Below, piece by piece: positions 25,066 to 36,656 of a DNA stretch of 64,000 nt. This stretch comes from Patescibacteria group bacterium (lineage in GTDB: Bacteria > Patescibacteriota > JABMPQ01 > JAQVVF01). The translations under genes and the position numbers were made by a program. The notes under the pieces were generated by a model. That model was not told the origin of the DNA. It searched no databases and worked only from the letters and a program-made list of their open reading frames with translations. The stretch lies in assembly GCA_028699085.1 (NCBI GenBank), contig JAQVVF010000001.1:103883-167882 (forward strand). Direction: 5' to 3'. Position 1 is the stretch's first letter. Every line of letters starts with the position of its first letter.

Positions 25066-25896
25066 ATGAAAATCCTAATCACTGGAGCAAGAGGGATGCT
25101 TGGCCAAGATCTTTGTTCTTTATTAGAAAAAGAACATGAATTAATTAAGTATGACCGTGAAGAACTAGATATTACAAATGGAAAGATGGTTAACAAAATT
25201 GTTGCCAAATTAAATCCAGATGCAATTATCAATTGTGCTGCATTTACTGATGTCGATGGTTGTGAAGAAAAAAATAAAAAAGCTCTAGCTCGCAAAGTCA
25301 ATGGAACTGGTCCAGGTAATTTAGCCAAAATAAGTCAAAAATTAAAAATTCCATTTTTTCATTATAGCACTGACTATATTTTTAACGGTCTAAAAAAAGA
25401 TGGTTATCGTGAAAGTTATAGCAAGATTGATCCAATTAATGCTTACGGTCAAACAAAAGCTCTGGGAGAAAAATTAATCAAGAAAAACTGCAAGAAATAT
25501 TATATTCTAAGAACTGCTTGGCTCTATGGTAAAAGAGGCAAAAATTTTGTTGATACTATGTTGCAATTAGCCAAAGAACATGATACTTTAAAGGTAGTAA
25601 ACGATCAGCATGGTAAACCGACATATACTCTTGATTTAGCTAAAAGAACAAAAGAAATTCTCGACAAAAAACTTCCTTTTGGTATCTATCATGTTACAAA
25701 TGAAGGTCAGGCTACTTGGTATGATTTCGCTAAAGAAGCTTTTAAAATCAAAGGTATTAAAGTAAAAGTTTTGCCATGTACAACTGCTGAATTTCCACGG
25801 CCTGCAAAAAGACCAGAATATTCTGCATTGATTAATACTAAAATGAAAGCAATGAGAAGCTGGAAAAAAGCTTTAGCCGAATATCTAGCAAGCTAA
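25066..25896 (+). CDS. rfbD: dTDP-4-dehydrorhamnose reductase
   Basis: MKILITGARGMLGQDL, STDYIFNG, YGQTKALGE (YxxxK); RmlD-length 276 aa. Confidence 0.8.
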   Translation: MKILITGARGMLGQDLCSLLEKEHELIKYDREELDITNGKMVNKIVAKLNPDAIINCAAFTDVDGCEEKNKKALARKVNGTGPGNLAKISQKLKIPFFHYSTDYIFNGLKKDGYRESYSKIDPINAYGQTKALGEKLIKKNCKKYYILRTAWLYGKRGKNFVDTMLQLAKEHDTLKVVNDQHGKPTYTLDLAKRTKEILDKKLPFGIYHVTNEGQATWYDFAKEAFKIKGIKVKVLPCTTAEFPRPAKRPEYSALINTKMKAMRSWKKALAEYLAS

Positions 25897-26010
25897 TTTT
25901 CAATTATCAATAATCAATTTACAACAAATTTTCAATTCACAATTTTCAATGGGCATTAGTCTATTGGAAATTGATTGAAAATTGGAAATTGTAAATTGAA
26001 AATTAAAATC

Positions 26011-26889
26011 ATGAAAGGCATTATTTTAGCAGGAGGATCAGGAACAAGATTATATCCGCTTACACAGAGCATCTCAAAGCAGATCATGCCGATTTACGAC
26101 AAGCCAATGATTTATTACCCTTTGTCAATTTTAATGTTGTCTGGAATTCGCGAAATTTTAATTATCTCAACTCCAAGAGATATTAGTACTTACAAAGATC
26201 TATTAGGCAATGGAAAAAAGTTTGGCTTAAAAATTTCATATGCAGTTCAGGCCAAACCTGATGGATTAGCCCAAGCATTTATAATTGGTGAAAAATTTAT
26301 TGGTAAAGATAGCGTTTGTTTAATTTTAGGCGATAATGTTTTTTACGGTCATGGTTTCAAGACAATGCTGAAAAAAGCAGCTAGAATTAAAAAAGGTGCA
26401 GTTATCTTTGGATATTATGTTAATGATCCAGAAAGATATGGCATTGCTGAATTTGATAAAAAAGGCAGAGTTTCCAGTATCGAAGAGAAGCCAGAACATC
26501 CAAAATCGAATTATGCAATTACGGGGTTATATTTTTATGATAATAGCGTAGTCAAAAAAGCCAAAGCATTAAAACCATCACCAAGAGGCGAATTAGAAAT
26601 TACCGATTTGAATAGGCTATATCTTAATGAAAAAAAATTAAGACTAGAAATGTTAGGTCGTGGATTTGCATGGCTGGATACAGGCACTCACGAAAGTCTT
26701 TTAGACGCTTCAAACTTTATTCAAACAATTGAAAAGAGGCAAGGATTAAAAGTTTCCTGTCTTGAAGAAATCGCCTTTAAAAATGGCTACATTAATAAAA
26801 AACAATTACTAAAATTAGCCGAGCCTCTTAGCAAGAATCAGTACGGACAGTATTTGATAAAAATTGCCAACGAAAAAAATTTATTTTAA
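26011..26889 (+). CDS. rfbA: glucose-1-phosphate thymidylyltransferase
   Basis: [18 protein letters not shown] nucleotidyltransferase motif; start moved from 25975 to ATG 26011. Confidence 0.88.
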   Translation: MKGIILAGGSGTRLYPLTQSISKQIMPIYDKPMIYYPLSILMLSGIREILIISTPRDISTYKDLLGNGKKFGLKISYAVQAKPDGLAQAFIIGEKFIGKDSVCLILGDNVFYGHGFKTMLKKAARIKKGAVIFGYYVNDPERYGIAEFDKKGRVSSIEEKPEHPKSNYAITGLYFYDNSVVKKAKALKPSPRGELEITDLNRLYLNEKKLRLEMLGRGFAWLDTGTHESLLDASNFIQTIEKRQGLKVSCLEEIAFKNGYINKKQLLKLAEPLSKNQYGQYLIKIANEKNLF

Positions 26890-26900
26890 AATAAGCTAGC

Positions 26901-26950
26901 AGATAATAGTTAACAGCTGATAGTATTTTACTATTAGCTATTAGCTTTAA
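26901..26950 (+). promoter_or_regulatory. conserved intergenic leader motif, copy 2
   Basis: agataatagttaacagctgatagtattttactattagctattagctttaatt immediately before ATG 26953; cf. 17391-17450. Confidence 0.5.
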
Positions 26951-26952
26951 TT

Positions 26953-28320
26953 ATGTTTAAAACCAAAACCAAAATTATCATAGTATTAGCATTATTTTTC
27001 ATGCCGGTTATTTCTATCAAAGCGGCTTATTTTAATCCTGATAATATTATAACAGATGAGGAATACACAAATTCTAAATCTCTTACCACAACAGGAATAC
27101 AAAAGTTTTTAATTAAAAAGGGAAGTGAATTGGCTGTTTTAAAATACAATGGCAAAAGTATTGCCAAAATTATTTATGAAGCTGCTCAAAAATATGATAT
27201 TAATCCAAAATTGATAATTGCTACAGCTCAAAAAGAACAAAGTGTGATTACTGATTCTAGTCTATCCGATTATCAAAAAAAATATTTGATGGGTTATGCT
27301 GTTTTTGATCGATTTAATCCTATTCAATACAAGTATCAAGGAATTTATAAACAAATTGATAGTGCAACCTGGCAATTCAGACAGTATATTGATAATCCAG
27401 ATTATTATGGATATCAAAAAGGCAAAACAAAAATAACCTCAGATGGATACGTTGTTACTCCAAAAAATGATGCCACAGCTGGTTTGTACAACTATACTCC
27501 GCATGCTGGAGCAGGCAAGGGAGCAACCGTCGATGATTCAGGTAATGGTAATTTTCTATTTTGGCAAATTTGGAACAATTGGTTTGCAAATTATTACCCG
27601 AATGGTACTTTGTTAAAAGTAGAAGGTGATAATACACTATATATTTTGCAAAATGAAAAGAAGAAACCATTTCTGTCTGATAGAATTATTTTCACATCAA
27701 AATATAAAGAAACTCAAGCAATTACAATCACAAGTGGGCAAGACAAATATATAACTGGCAAGCCAACAATATTTCCTGACGGTACTTTGCTATATGATCA
27801 GAACAATAATTTCTTTATAATTACACATCAAAAAATAAGGCGTTTTCAATCACTAGCAATTTTTAAAAAACTTGGATATCATAAAAAAAATGCACAGTTT
27901 ATTGATAATAATGGTAAGAAGTTTTATAAAAAAGATTCACGTATTACAAAAAAAACAATTTTTCCAATCGACGGAACTATAATTTATGAAAAAAAATCTA
28001 AAACGAAGTATTTGCTTGATAATAGTCAAAAAAGGCCAATTATCAGTAACAAAATATATAACAACCAATTTGATTCTAGAAATTTAGTTGCAGTTTCTAA
28101 AGAAACATTGAAAAGATTAAGAACTGGAAGTCCGGTGCTATTTAGAGATGGTACATTAATAAAAGATGGTGCTGACAATCTATACGTCATTGAATATGGA
28201 AAAAAACGTCCAATTTCGAAAAATATGTTTGAAAAAATGGGATATAGTTATGAAAATATAATTAATACTTCTTATAAAATCAGAAAACTTCATGAAAGGG
28301 GAAAAAAGGTCAAAATATAA
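26953..28320 (+). CDS. secreted protein with four ~60-aa internal repeats (DGTLL...Y.I...KRP), unknown function
   Basis: Signal peptide; repeated FPDGTLLYDQNNNFFII / FPIDGTIIYEKKSKTKYLL / FRDGTLIKDGADNLYVI / YPNGTLLKVEGDNTLYIL modules. Confidence 0.5.
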   Translation: MFKTKTKIIIVLALFFMPVISIKAAYFNPDNIITDEEYTNSKSLTTTGIQKFLIKKGSELAVLKYNGKSIAKIIYEAAQKYDINPKLIIATAQKEQSVITDSSLSDYQKKYLMGYAVFDRFNPIQYKYQGIYKQIDSATWQFRQYIDNPDYYGYQKGKTKITSDGYVVTPKNDATAGLYNYTPHAGAGKGATVDDSGNGNFLFWQIWNNWFANYYPNGTLLKVEGDNTLYILQNEKKKPFLSDRIIFTSKYKETQAITITSGQDKYITGKPTIFPDGTLLYDQNNNFFIITHQKIRRFQSLAIFKKLGYHKKNAQFIDNNGKKFYKKDSRITKKTIFPIDGTIIYEKKSKTKYLLDNSQKRPIISNKIYNNQFDSRNLVAVSKETLKRLRTGSPVLFRDGTLIKDGADNLYVIEYGKKRPISKNMFEKMGYSYENIINTSYKIRKLHERGKKVKI

Positions 28321-28789
28321 TAAGGTTGAGTGCAAGTCTTTATTTGGCAAAAAGTGTTTTATAGCTAAAAATAAAATAAGAAATAGGGTCTCTGTTTATG
28401 CTGTCATAATTGATAAGAATAAAATTTTACTGACCAATTCAAAAAATACCAAGAAGTTATTTTTACCAGGCGGCGAGATTGAAAGTCATGAAACAATTGA
28501 GCAAGCATTGAAGAGAGAAGTTAAAGAAGAGACCGGAACGAAAATAAAAATAAAAGCTTTTTTAAATTTTAAAGAAGTATTTTTTTATTATGATCCACGC
28601 AATGAAGCTTATCATAATTTTTCTTTTTTCTATCTTTGTGAGCCCTTAACAAAAAAGCTAACAGAAAAACATCAAGTTGAATTCGATGAATCTGAAAAAC
28701 CAGAATGGAAAAATTTATCAGAATTAAAGAAGAAAGATTTACAGCCTCCAACTTATGAAGTTATTAAAAAGTACTTAGGCACAGAATAA
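28292..28789 (+). CDS. NUDIX hydrolase
   Basis: Nudix box GGEIESHETIEQALKREVKEETG. Confidence 0.7.
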   Translation: MKGEKRSKYNKVECKSLFGKKCFIAKNKIRNRVSVYAVIIDKNKILLTNSKNTKKLFLPGGEIESHETIEQALKREVKEETGTKIKIKAFLNFKEVFFYYDPRNEAYHNFSFFYLCEPLTKKLTEKHQVEFDESEKPEWKNLSELKKKDLQPPTYEVIKKYLGTE

Positions 28790-28792
28790 TTT

Positions 28793-29368
28793 ATGATCAA
28801 AAAAAACTTTAATAGTACGATGAATCAAATTTGGATTCTAGCAAAACCTTATTTAGAGAAAGCAACCAAAAAAGATATGGTCGTCCACACGAAAGGAGTT
28901 CTTCTAGCAATGACAATGTTACTAAAAAAAGAAAATGGTGATAAAGTAATATTAATACCTTCAGCCATTCTGCATGATGTTGGTTTTTCTAAAGTTCCAA
29001 AGAAATTGCAGACAAGTATAGATGAGGAAGATCGTAAGAAGTCATTAAAACTCCATTTAGAATACGCACCTAAAATTATTGAAGAGATTATGACAAAAGT
29101 TGGTTATAGCAAAGATGACATAAATAAAATTATTGAAATTGTTATAGCTCATAAATTTCAAGATCCACAAGAATTAGATAAGCAATTATTGATTGACGCT
29201 GATACCTTAGCTGACTTGTTTAAAGAACAATTTTACGTTAATGCAAAAGACTATAATAAGATACCGCAAGAATTTTATAACATTAGAAAAGATAACAAAT
29301 TTTATACAAAAACAGCAAAAATAATTTTTAATACAGAATTGAAAAATAGAGCTAAAGAAATATTTTAA
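28793..29368 (+). CDS. HD-domain phosphohydrolase
   Basis: AILHDVG ... D pattern of the HD superfamily. Confidence 0.55.
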   Translation: MIKKNFNSTMNQIWILAKPYLEKATKKDMVVHTKGVLLAMTMLLKKENGDKVILIPSAILHDVGFSKVPKKLQTSIDEEDRKKSLKLHLEYAPKIIEEIMTKVGYSKDDINKIIEIVIAHKFQDPQELDKQLLIDADTLADLFKEQFYVNAKDYNKIPQEFYNIRKDNKFYTKTAKIIFNTELKNRAKEIF

Positions 29369-29389
29369 TTTAAACTTTAATCTAAAACT

Positions 29390-30313
29390 ATGAAAATATT
29401 AGTCACAGGCGGTGCAGGCTTTATTGGCTCGCACATCGTAGATAAATTAATTGAAGATACAAATGAGGTAATCATTATTGATAATTTATCAACTGGTAAA
29501 AAAGAAAACCTAAACAGCAAAGCAAAATTTTATCAGGCTGATATTAAGAATTATGAAGAAATTGAGAAAGTATTTGAACAAGAAAAGCCAGAATATATTT
29601 GCCATCAAGCTGCCCATGCTTCAGTTCCAGAATCAGTCAAAGATCCAATTAGTGATGCTGAAAATAATATTTTAGGATCAATCAATATCTTTAAATTAGC
29701 ATCGAAATATAATGTAAAAAAAATAGTTTTTGCTTCAACAGGTGGCGCATTATATGGCGATGCTGATGTTTTGCCAACGCCAGAAACTTATGAGGCAAAG
29801 CCTGTTTCTCCTTATGGAGTTTCAAAATTAGCTGCAGAAGAATATTTATATTGCTTCAATTTTCTAAATAAGCTAAACTATACTATTCTACGTTATGCCA
29901 ATGTTTATGGTCCAAAGCAAGATCCTTTTGGTGAAGCCGGAGTAGTCGCAATTTTTTGCCAGAAAATAGCTAATAATGATCAACCAATAATCAATGGTGA
30001 TGGCAAATGTACAAGAGATTATGTTTATGTCAAGGACATTGCAAATGCAAATTTATCAGCTTTGAAAAGCGAAAAATCGCAGAACATTTATAACGTAGGT
30101 ACAGGAATTCAAACTGACGTTAACACAATTTTTCAAAATTTAATTAAAATATCAGGACGGAATATTCCAGAAAAACATGGTCCTGCAAGAATCGGTGATC
30201 AAAGAACTAGTGCTATAGACAGCTCAAAAATTAAACAAGAATTAAATTGGGAGCCAAAAGTTAAACTGGAGGATGGATTAAAAGAAACATATGAATGGTT
30301 TAAAAATAAATAA
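29390..30313 (+). CDS. NAD-dependent sugar epimerase (UDP-glucose 4-epimerase family)
   Basis: MKILVTGGAGFIGSHIVDKL, STGGALYG, YGVSKLAAE (YxxxK). Confidence 0.8.
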   Translation: MKILVTGGAGFIGSHIVDKLIEDTNEVIIIDNLSTGKKENLNSKAKFYQADIKNYEEIEKVFEQEKPEYICHQAAHASVPESVKDPISDAENNILGSINIFKLASKYNVKKIVFASTGGALYGDADVLPTPETYEAKPVSPYGVSKLAAEEYLYCFNFLNKLNYTILRYANVYGPKQDPFGEAGVVAIFCQKIANNDQPIINGDGKCTRDYVYVKDIANANLSALKSEKSQNIYNVGTGIQTDVNTIFQNLIKISGRNIPEKHGPARIGDQRTSAIDSSKIKQELNWEPKVKLEDGLKETYEWFKNK

Positions 30314-30334
30314 ATTTAAATTAATTTTAAAATA

Positions 30335-31495
30335 ATGAATAAGTACATCTTTACATCGGAGTCAGTAACGGAGGGTCATCCTGATAAAGTCGCAGATCAA
30401 ATCTCGGATTCAATTTTAGATGAATTATTAAAACAAGATCCAGATTCTAGAGTTGGTTGCGAAACATTAGTTACGACTGGATTGGTTGTCGTTGCCGGCG
30501 AAATCACAACAAAAGCTTATGCTGATATTGCAAAAATTGCTAGAAAAACAATCAAAGAAATAGGCTATACAGAACATGATTATGGTTTTCATCATGAAGA
30601 TTGCGGAGTTATCGTAAGTTTAGACGAACAAAGTCCAGATATTGCAGTTGGCGTAAATAAAACTAAAAAGAAAAAACAAGGCGCAGGCGATCAAGGTCTG
30701 ATGTTCGGTTATGCAACAAATGAAACACCAGAATTGATGCCTTTGCCAATTATTTTAGCTCACAAGCTTTGTCAAAAATTATCTGAAGTAAGAAAAAATA
30801 AAACTCTTGATTATTTAAGACCAGATGGTAAATCAGAAGTTGCAGTTGAATATGAAGATGGCAAGCCAAAAAGAATAAATACAATCGTAATTGCAGCTCA
30901 GCATAATCCTGATATCAAATTATCTCAACTAAAAAAAGATATTATTGAAAAAGTCATTAAACCAGTTTGCGAAAATTGGTTAACAAGAAAAACTAAATTC
31001 TTTATTAATGCAACTGGAAAATTTGTAAAAGGCGGCCCTCCAGCAGATTGTGGCTTGACTGGTCGCAAAATTATTGTTGATACTTATGGCGGTCATGGCA
31101 GTCATGGTGGAGGATGTTTTTCAGGAAAAGACCCATCAAAAGTTGATCGTTCAGGCTCTTATATGGCTAGATATATTGCCAAGAATATTGTCGCATCAAA
31201 AATAGCAGATCGCTGTGAAATTCAGATCGCTTATGTCATTGGCGTTGCTGAACCAATTAGCATTTTAGTTAATACACACAATACTTCTAAAGTTAGCAAT
31301 GAACAGATTGAAAAAATAATTAGACAAGTTTTTGATTTAACTCCAGAAGGCATCATCGAAAAGCTAGATCTAAAACGTCCAATTTACAAAAAAACTGCAG
31401 CTTATGGGCATTTCGGTCGCAATGATAAAGATTTTACCTGGGAAAAGACAGATAAGGTTAAGGAGATTAAAAAGCTTGGAAGTATCTTAAAATAA
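30335..31495 (+). CDS. metK: S-adenosylmethionine synthetase
   Basis: [53 protein letters not shown] motifs. Confidence 0.92.
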   Translation: MNKYIFTSESVTEGHPDKVADQISDSILDELLKQDPDSRVGCETLVTTGLVVVAGEITTKAYADIAKIARKTIKEIGYTEHDYGFHHEDCGVIVSLDEQSPDIAVGVNKTKKKKQGAGDQGLMFGYATNETPELMPLPIILAHKLCQKLSEVRKNKTLDYLRPDGKSEVAVEYEDGKPKRINTIVIAAQHNPDIKLSQLKKDIIEKVIKPVCENWLTRKTKFFINATGKFVKGGPPADCGLTGRKIIVDTYGGHGSHGGGCFSGKDPSKVDRSGSYMARYIAKNIVASKIADRCEIQIAYVIGVAEPISILVNTHNTSKVSNEQIEKIIRQVFDLTPEGIIEKLDLKRPIYKKTAAYGHFGRNDKDFTWEKTDKVKEIKKLGSILK

Positions 31496-31570
31496 ATTGT
31501 GAAGAAAAAAATAGTATTTATAATCGGCTTAACCAGCTTAATATTATTAGGTTTAGTTATTTATATTTAT

Positions 31571-31621
<51 letters not shown>

Positions 31622-31782
31622 CGCGTATGAAGATGATTTAATTTTCCGACCCATTTGGCAAAAAATTTTATATCCTTATCCTCGACAATGTCAATTTTAG
31701 ATATTAGAATAATAGGAGGTTAGCACAGTTAAACTAAAATTCAAATAATGCTAATTAGTGCTAGTTAGCTTAAATAAAAAAT

Positions 31783-33072
31783 ATGAAAATCGCAGTTGTC
31801 GGCACAGGATATGTAGGACTTGTCACTGGCGCTTGTCTAGCAAAAGTCGGTCACACAGTCTCTTGTGTAGATATTGATCAAGAAAAAATTAAGAAGTTAA
31901 AAAAAGGAATTATCCCAATTTACGAGCCTGGCTTAGACAAAGTTGTCAAAGAGGTTGCAAAAAAAGGCAAACTCGTTTTTGATATATCCCTAAAAAAAGT
32001 CTTGCCTGATGTTGAAGCAATATTTATTGCCGTAGGCACGCCAGCAAAAAAAGATGGTAAAGCAGATTTGCAATATGTTCATGCAGTTGCAAAAGAGATC
32101 GGCGAAAACATTAAAGACTTTAAAGTCATTATTAATAAAAGCACTGTTCCAGTTGGCACAGCAAAAGAAGTTAAGAATATTATATTAAAAACATATAAAG
32201 GAAAATTTGCTGTTGTGTCCAATCCAGAATTCCTGAAAGAAGGTTATGCAGTTACAGATTTTATGAAGCCAGACCGTATTGTTATTGGTTGTGATGATAA
32301 ACAAGCAAAAAAAATAATGCAAGAAATTTACAAGCCAGTTAAGGGTAAAAAAGTTTTTACGACAGTCCAGAGCGCAGAGATGATTAAATACGCATCTAAT
32401 GCTTTTTTGGCAACAAAAATATCTTTTATTAATGAGATTGCAAATCTTTGTGAAAAGGTTAATGCCGATGTCAAAGAAGTTTCACATGGAATGGGGCTTG
32501 ATCAAAGAATAGGCAAGAGTTTTTTAAGCGCAGGAATTGGTTATGGCGGATCATGTTTTCCAAAAGACACATCAGCATTGAATCAGATCGCAGGAACAAA
32601 AGGCTATGATTTTAGATTACTAAAAGCGGTTATTGAAGTAAATGCAAAGCAAAGACAATCAGTCATTGATAAACTTGAACAAATTTTTGGCAATTTAAAG
32701 AATAAAAGAATTGCTGTTTTGGGCCTTGCTTTCAAAAATAATACTGATGATGTTAGAGAATCAGCTGCCATTGATATCATCAGGATGTTGACTGGTGTTG
32801 GTGCAAGAGTCAAAGCTTATGATCCAAAAGCAAATGATAATGCAAAAGAGATATTGAATTCTGGTGTTAAAATTACAAATGATCCATATGAGGCAATAAA
32901 AAATGCCGATGCATTAGTCATTGCAACAGAATGGCCAGAATTCGCAAATTTAGATTTTCACAAAATTAAGAATTTATTAAAACAGCCAATCATTATTGAC
33001 GGTCGCAATTTATTAAATTCTATAATAATTAAAAAACTCGGCTTTCAGTATTATGGAATTGGCCGAGCTTAA
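31783..33072 (+). CDS. ugd: UDP-glucose 6-dehydrogenase
   Basis: MKIAVVGTGYVGLVTGACLA, GGSCFPKD catalytic Cys motif, ~430 aa. Confidence 0.9.
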   Translation: MKIAVVGTGYVGLVTGACLAKVGHTVSCVDIDQEKIKKLKKGIIPIYEPGLDKVVKEVAKKGKLVFDISLKKVLPDVEAIFIAVGTPAKKDGKADLQYVHAVAKEIGENIKDFKVIINKSTVPVGTAKEVKNIILKTYKGKFAVVSNPEFLKEGYAVTDFMKPDRIVIGCDDKQAKKIMQEIYKPVKGKKVFTTVQSAEMIKYASNAFLATKISFINEIANLCEKVNADVKEVSHGMGLDQRIGKSFLSAGIGYGGSCFPKDTSALNQIAGTKGYDFRLLKAVIEVNAKQRQSVIDKLEQIFGNLKNKRIAVLGLAFKNNTDDVRESAAIDIIRMLTGVGARVKAYDPKANDNAKEILNSGVKITNDPYEAIKNADALVIATEWPEFANLDFHKIKNLLKQPIIIDGRNLLNSIIIKKLGFQYYGIGRA

Positions 33073-33097
33073 TAATAATAATAAATTTTAAAACGAG

Positions 33098-33523
33098 CTA
33101 TTCTAGCTCGTTTTTTGATTCATCAAAATCTAAAAGCAAAAAAGAAAGTAAGGCAATCAAAACACCAGAAATCAATGAAATAAATAGACTCAATAATATT
33201 CCGAGATCAAAAATTTTTATAAAAATAATTATTGCTGCAACTAATCCAAGAAAAAAAGAAACAATTGAATATTTCCAAGAATAATTTTTGCTTTCTTTGT
33301 CTGAAATATTTTCATCATTATTTTTACCTTGGAATAAAATAAGTAAAATTCCAGAAATAATTACAACAACTAAAATATAATTTAAATTAATAAAATTGCT
33401 GACAAAATTATCAAATATTTGATCTAGCAAAAAGAAAAATAAATAGCCAATCAAAAATATGCCAAATATTTGTTGGCAAACACTGTAGAGCAAATTATTT
33501 TCTTTCAAACTCTGTCTTTCCAT
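33098..33523 (-). CDS. small membrane protein, unknown
   Basis: Four hydrophobic segments; no motif. Confidence 0.4.
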   Translation of the reverse strand: MERQSLKENNLLYSVCQQIFGIFLIGYLFFFLLDQIFDNFVSNFINLNYILVVVIISGILLILFQGKNNDENISDKESKNYSWKYSIVSFFLGLVAAIIIFIKIFDLGILLSLFISLISGVLIALLSFLLLDFDESKNELE

Positions 33524-33527
33524 ATAT

Positions 33528-35159
33528 TTATCGGCTATATTTTAAATCAATTCTATTTATTTTAATATCGCCAGCATCATTACGATTATATTGGGGGAAT
33601 TGAAGTAATAAGTTAAAATTGTTGTTTTCATCAAGAAATAAATCATTAACACTAAAATCAGCAGACGCAGTTATTATGCCATTTTTTTCATCTGGGTTTT
33701 CAAAATAATCGGAAATAATATAATTACAGCTTTCTTTATTAAATTTTACAAAATCAGAAAAATTAATTAAATTATTCGTGCTTAATGCTTGCAAGGATTC
33801 GATATTCGTAGCTATTAAATTATTAAATTCGATATTCAATGAAGCCACGGGTAAATTTATTTTTGAATAAATATTTCTATTAAATAAATATGGTTTATCA
33901 ATTTTTGTAATATCTAATTCTTTTCTCTGAAATTCTGGACCAGATTCAGTAACCATGCCTTTTTCCTTTGTTATCGTAATAGTTTGCAAAGAAGAATCGC
34001 GGAGAGCAGTGAATGTCATATTTCCACTATTAGAATATAAATCTATGTTTTTTTCAGGATCAAAAAGTTTTATTCCATCAGCGAATGCCCAGTATTTTTG
34101 TTTTGACACTAAAGAATCAAACACCATATCATCGCTTGCATCTAGAAAGATGTCATAGAGACCTTCTTCTAAATTAGGAATTTTAATACTTAAATTTTTA
34201 ATTACTGAAGCAACTTCATCGCCATTTTCATTTCCATCATCAGATATATTTTTCTCTAATATCTTTTTTTCTCCTTTATAAATAAAGATATTAAAATCGC
34301 TTTTTTCTTGCAAATTATTCAAATCTTGATAATCAAAAGCAAAATCTAAATCTTCATTTGCTATGTATGTTTTAATTTTTGTAAAACCATTAAAGGCAAA
34401 ATTGAAAGTATTTGTTTCTGAAGCAGAAGAATAATCTTTGACTTTAACAAAATCATAAAGCCCATCTATATTAAAAAAACATATTTTTTCTTCCTGCATA
34501 ATATCAGGAATGTCACTCATAAAGCTGTTGATGTCTTCATAATCATAATTCACCCAATTCTTTTTAGGATTTTTTTCCTTCAAATATTCGCTGTCTTTAT
34601 CATACATCAATGCGCAATTTTCATATTCAGCTATTGGATCAATATTGCTTTCCGATTGTAACTCCTTAACTTTTTTCTCACAGATATCATCTCCTTTCTG
34701 AAATAAAATTTTACCAGTATTTTTATCAGAAATTTTATACCAATCCAAATTATCAAAAAGTTTATTTTCTAAAACTTTTGTTATTTTTTTATAAGCAGTC
34801 TTGTATTTAAACGGACTTTTTAAGGCTATTGACGCTAAAACAAAATTCGTATTTTGATTCTCGTATTTAATTTTTGCATTTAAATTCGTAAATGTTTTAA
34901 AAACTTTAATTTTCAGTTGGGCTAAAAATCCAGTTACTCGACGGTAATTTTGACCAGTTTTTAAGTTCTTTTCTGGATTTTCAAAGCCAATAATTTCAGT
35001 TACATAAGCGGGAAGCCTATTTTTATTAAAAACTATAGACAGTTTTGTCGAGCCAAATGGACCAAAGTAGGAAAAAACAGCATAAAACAAAATTATTATA
35101 ATAATGCTAACAGAAACAATCTGCGCGATTTTTGCGTAAGAATTTAGATTTATTTTCAT
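33528..35159 (-). CDS. N-terminally membrane-anchored large extracytoplasmic protein, unknown
   Basis: Single N-terminal TM then ~500 aa Asn/Asp/Lys-rich domain. Confidence 0.5.
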   Translation of the reverse strand: MKINLNSYAKIAQIVSVSIIIIILFYAVFSYFGPFGSTKLSIVFNKNRLPAYVTEIIGFENPEKNLKTGQNYRRVTGFLAQLKIKVFKTFTNLNAKIKYENQNTNFVLASIALKSPFKYKTAYKKITKVLENKLFDNLDWYKISDKNTGKILFQKGDDICEKKVKELQSESNIDPIAEYENCALMYDKDSEYLKEKNPKKNWVNYDYEDINSFMSDIPDIMQEEKICFFNIDGLYDFVKVKDYSSASETNTFNFAFNGFTKIKTYIANEDLDFAFDYQDLNNLQEKSDFNIFIYKGEKKILEKNISDDGNENGDEVASVIKNLSIKIPNLEEGLYDIFLDASDDMVFDSLVSKQKYWAFADGIKLFDPEKNIDLYSNSGNMTFTALRDSSLQTITITKEKGMVTESGPEFQRKELDITKIDKPYLFNRNIYSKINLPVASLNIEFNNLIATNIESLQALSTNNLINFSDFVKFNKESCNYIISDYFENPDEKNGIITASADFSVNDLFLDENNNFNLLLQFPQYNRNDAGDIKINRIDLKYSR

Positions 35160-35282
35160 ATAATTTAATACATTATATATTCTACAACAAGAAAATAAAA
35201 ATGTAAAAACTTGACAAGTGGATAATCTTTTGTTACAGTATTATGAAGCTAAAATGCTTCAATAACAGAAGGAGGGAGAGAA

Positions 35283-36377
35283 ATGAGATCGCACATTACA
35301 AAATTATTTTTGTTGTCTTCAGTTTTTATTGCAAGCTCTGTGTATGCTGAAGAGCCTGAAAAGGTTCCGTCTCATCCTGATTTTTCGATCGTTTTGCTTG
35401 CTGGCAATGGTCAGAAGGCTGATTTGCCAGATGCTGCAATTGAAATTTTGATTGCCAAGTTTGCAGGAAGCAGCTTGAATCTGAGTCTGGCTGGAAAGGA
35501 AATCTTCGGTGTAATGTCTGATGAAGAAATTAGAACTTGTTTTGCAACTGATGGTTGCGTTCGCAATGTCTGCATTACCAAGCAGATGGGTAGGATGCTT
35601 TATGGGACAATCATTCAGGAAAAAGGCAAAGCAGTCAAGTCTAAGCAGGAAGGCAAGAAGCCAAAAAAGAAGGTCAAAAGTGCTAAGCCTGCCAAGAAAT
35701 CAACTACTTTGCTTTCCATTGAGTTGACATTGTTTGACGCAATCAATAACAAGATTGATACGAGTTGGACATGCAAAAAATGTCCACAAGAAGAGCTTTA
35801 TGAAAAGACAATTCCTGAAATTGCCGATACTGCAATCAGCATTATGGCCAAAAACCCGCAGATTTGGTCCGAAAGGAAACCAAGCTTGCGTGCTGATGAA
35901 GCAGCCCTCGGCCTTCAGCCACAGGAAATTGAAGTTCTGCCTCCACCTCCAGTCGCATCTGCAGAAGAGGCAAAACAACCGGAAGTTGAAGTAAGGAAAG
36001 AACCTGTTGTCAAGGTCGAGAAAAAGATCGAAGTCAAGAAGCCTGGGCTTGACTGGCATTCTTGGACTGGAATTGCCTTGATGAGCATTGGCGCTGGTAT
36101 GGTTGGAACAGGTGCATATTTCGGCGTAGATGCCAACAATGCCCGTTCCAATTATGAAGCAACAAATGTCCAGCGACAAGCAATGGAATATATGGACCAG
36201 TCAGAATCTTCTGCTGGTAAAGCAAATATCATGTACAGTGCTGGTGGTGCTATCTTGCTAACTGGAGCAACAATTTTCTTGCTGGATTATTTTGAAATCA
36301 TTCACAAGAGCACAACTGCTCCGCAAGCATTGATCATTTCGCAACCGAGCGGACTCGTCTTGAACCTTTCTTTCTAA
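35283..36377 (+). CDS. secreted protein with Lys-rich linker and C-terminal TM anchor, unknown; elevated GC
   Basis: GGAGGGAGAG RBS; signal peptide; KKPKKKVKSAKPAKK tract; C-terminal hydrophobic segments. Confidence 0.5.
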   Translation: MRSHITKLFLLSSVFIASSVYAEEPEKVPSHPDFSIVLLAGNGQKADLPDAAIEILIAKFAGSSLNLSLAGKEIFGVMSDEEIRTCFATDGCVRNVCITKQMGRMLYGTIIQEKGKAVKSKQEGKKPKKKVKSAKPAKKSTTLLSIELTLFDAINNKIDTSWTCKKCPQEELYEKTIPEIADTAISIMAKNPQIWSERKPSLRADEAALGLQPQEIEVLPPPPVASAEEAKQPEVEVRKEPVVKVEKKIEVKKPGLDWHSWTGIALMSIGAGMVGTGAYFGVDANNARSNYEATNVQRQAMEYMDQSESSAGKANIMYSAGGAILLTGATIFLLDYFEIIHKSTTAPQALIISQPSGLVLNLSF

Positions 36378-36395
36378 ACGCTAATTAATGGCGTT
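36367..36395 (+). terminator. rho-independent terminator
   Basis: aacgctaattaatggcgttttttt. Confidence 0.6.
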
Positions 36396-36656
36396 TTTTT
36401 ATTTACATTGTTATTCAATATATTTATGCATAAATTTGATATTAACCATTTTTTTATTAAAAAACAAACTTTTTTGATAAGTAGGTCCATAAAGCTTGTT
36501 TTTTTATGCTCAAAATTGACAAAAACAACATAAATAGCTACAATAAGCCATTTTTATCTTGCCAAATTATTATTAATATGCTATATTAATTTGAACAGAA
36601 AACCCAAGGTTTCGGCTGTACTGACCGAACCTTTCATAGCAAAGAGGAGGAGAGAG

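Noticed and set aside
25920-26010. Low-complexity AATTG/TTCAAT-rich imperfect palindrome upstream of rfbA
   Set aside because: It is probably just AT-rich promoter DNA. Its symmetry is weak and it is not repeated elsewhere in the window.
35521-36225. Small ORFs overlapping the 35283..36377 gene
   Set aside because: Alternate-frame artefacts of a locally GC-elevated gene with no start signals.
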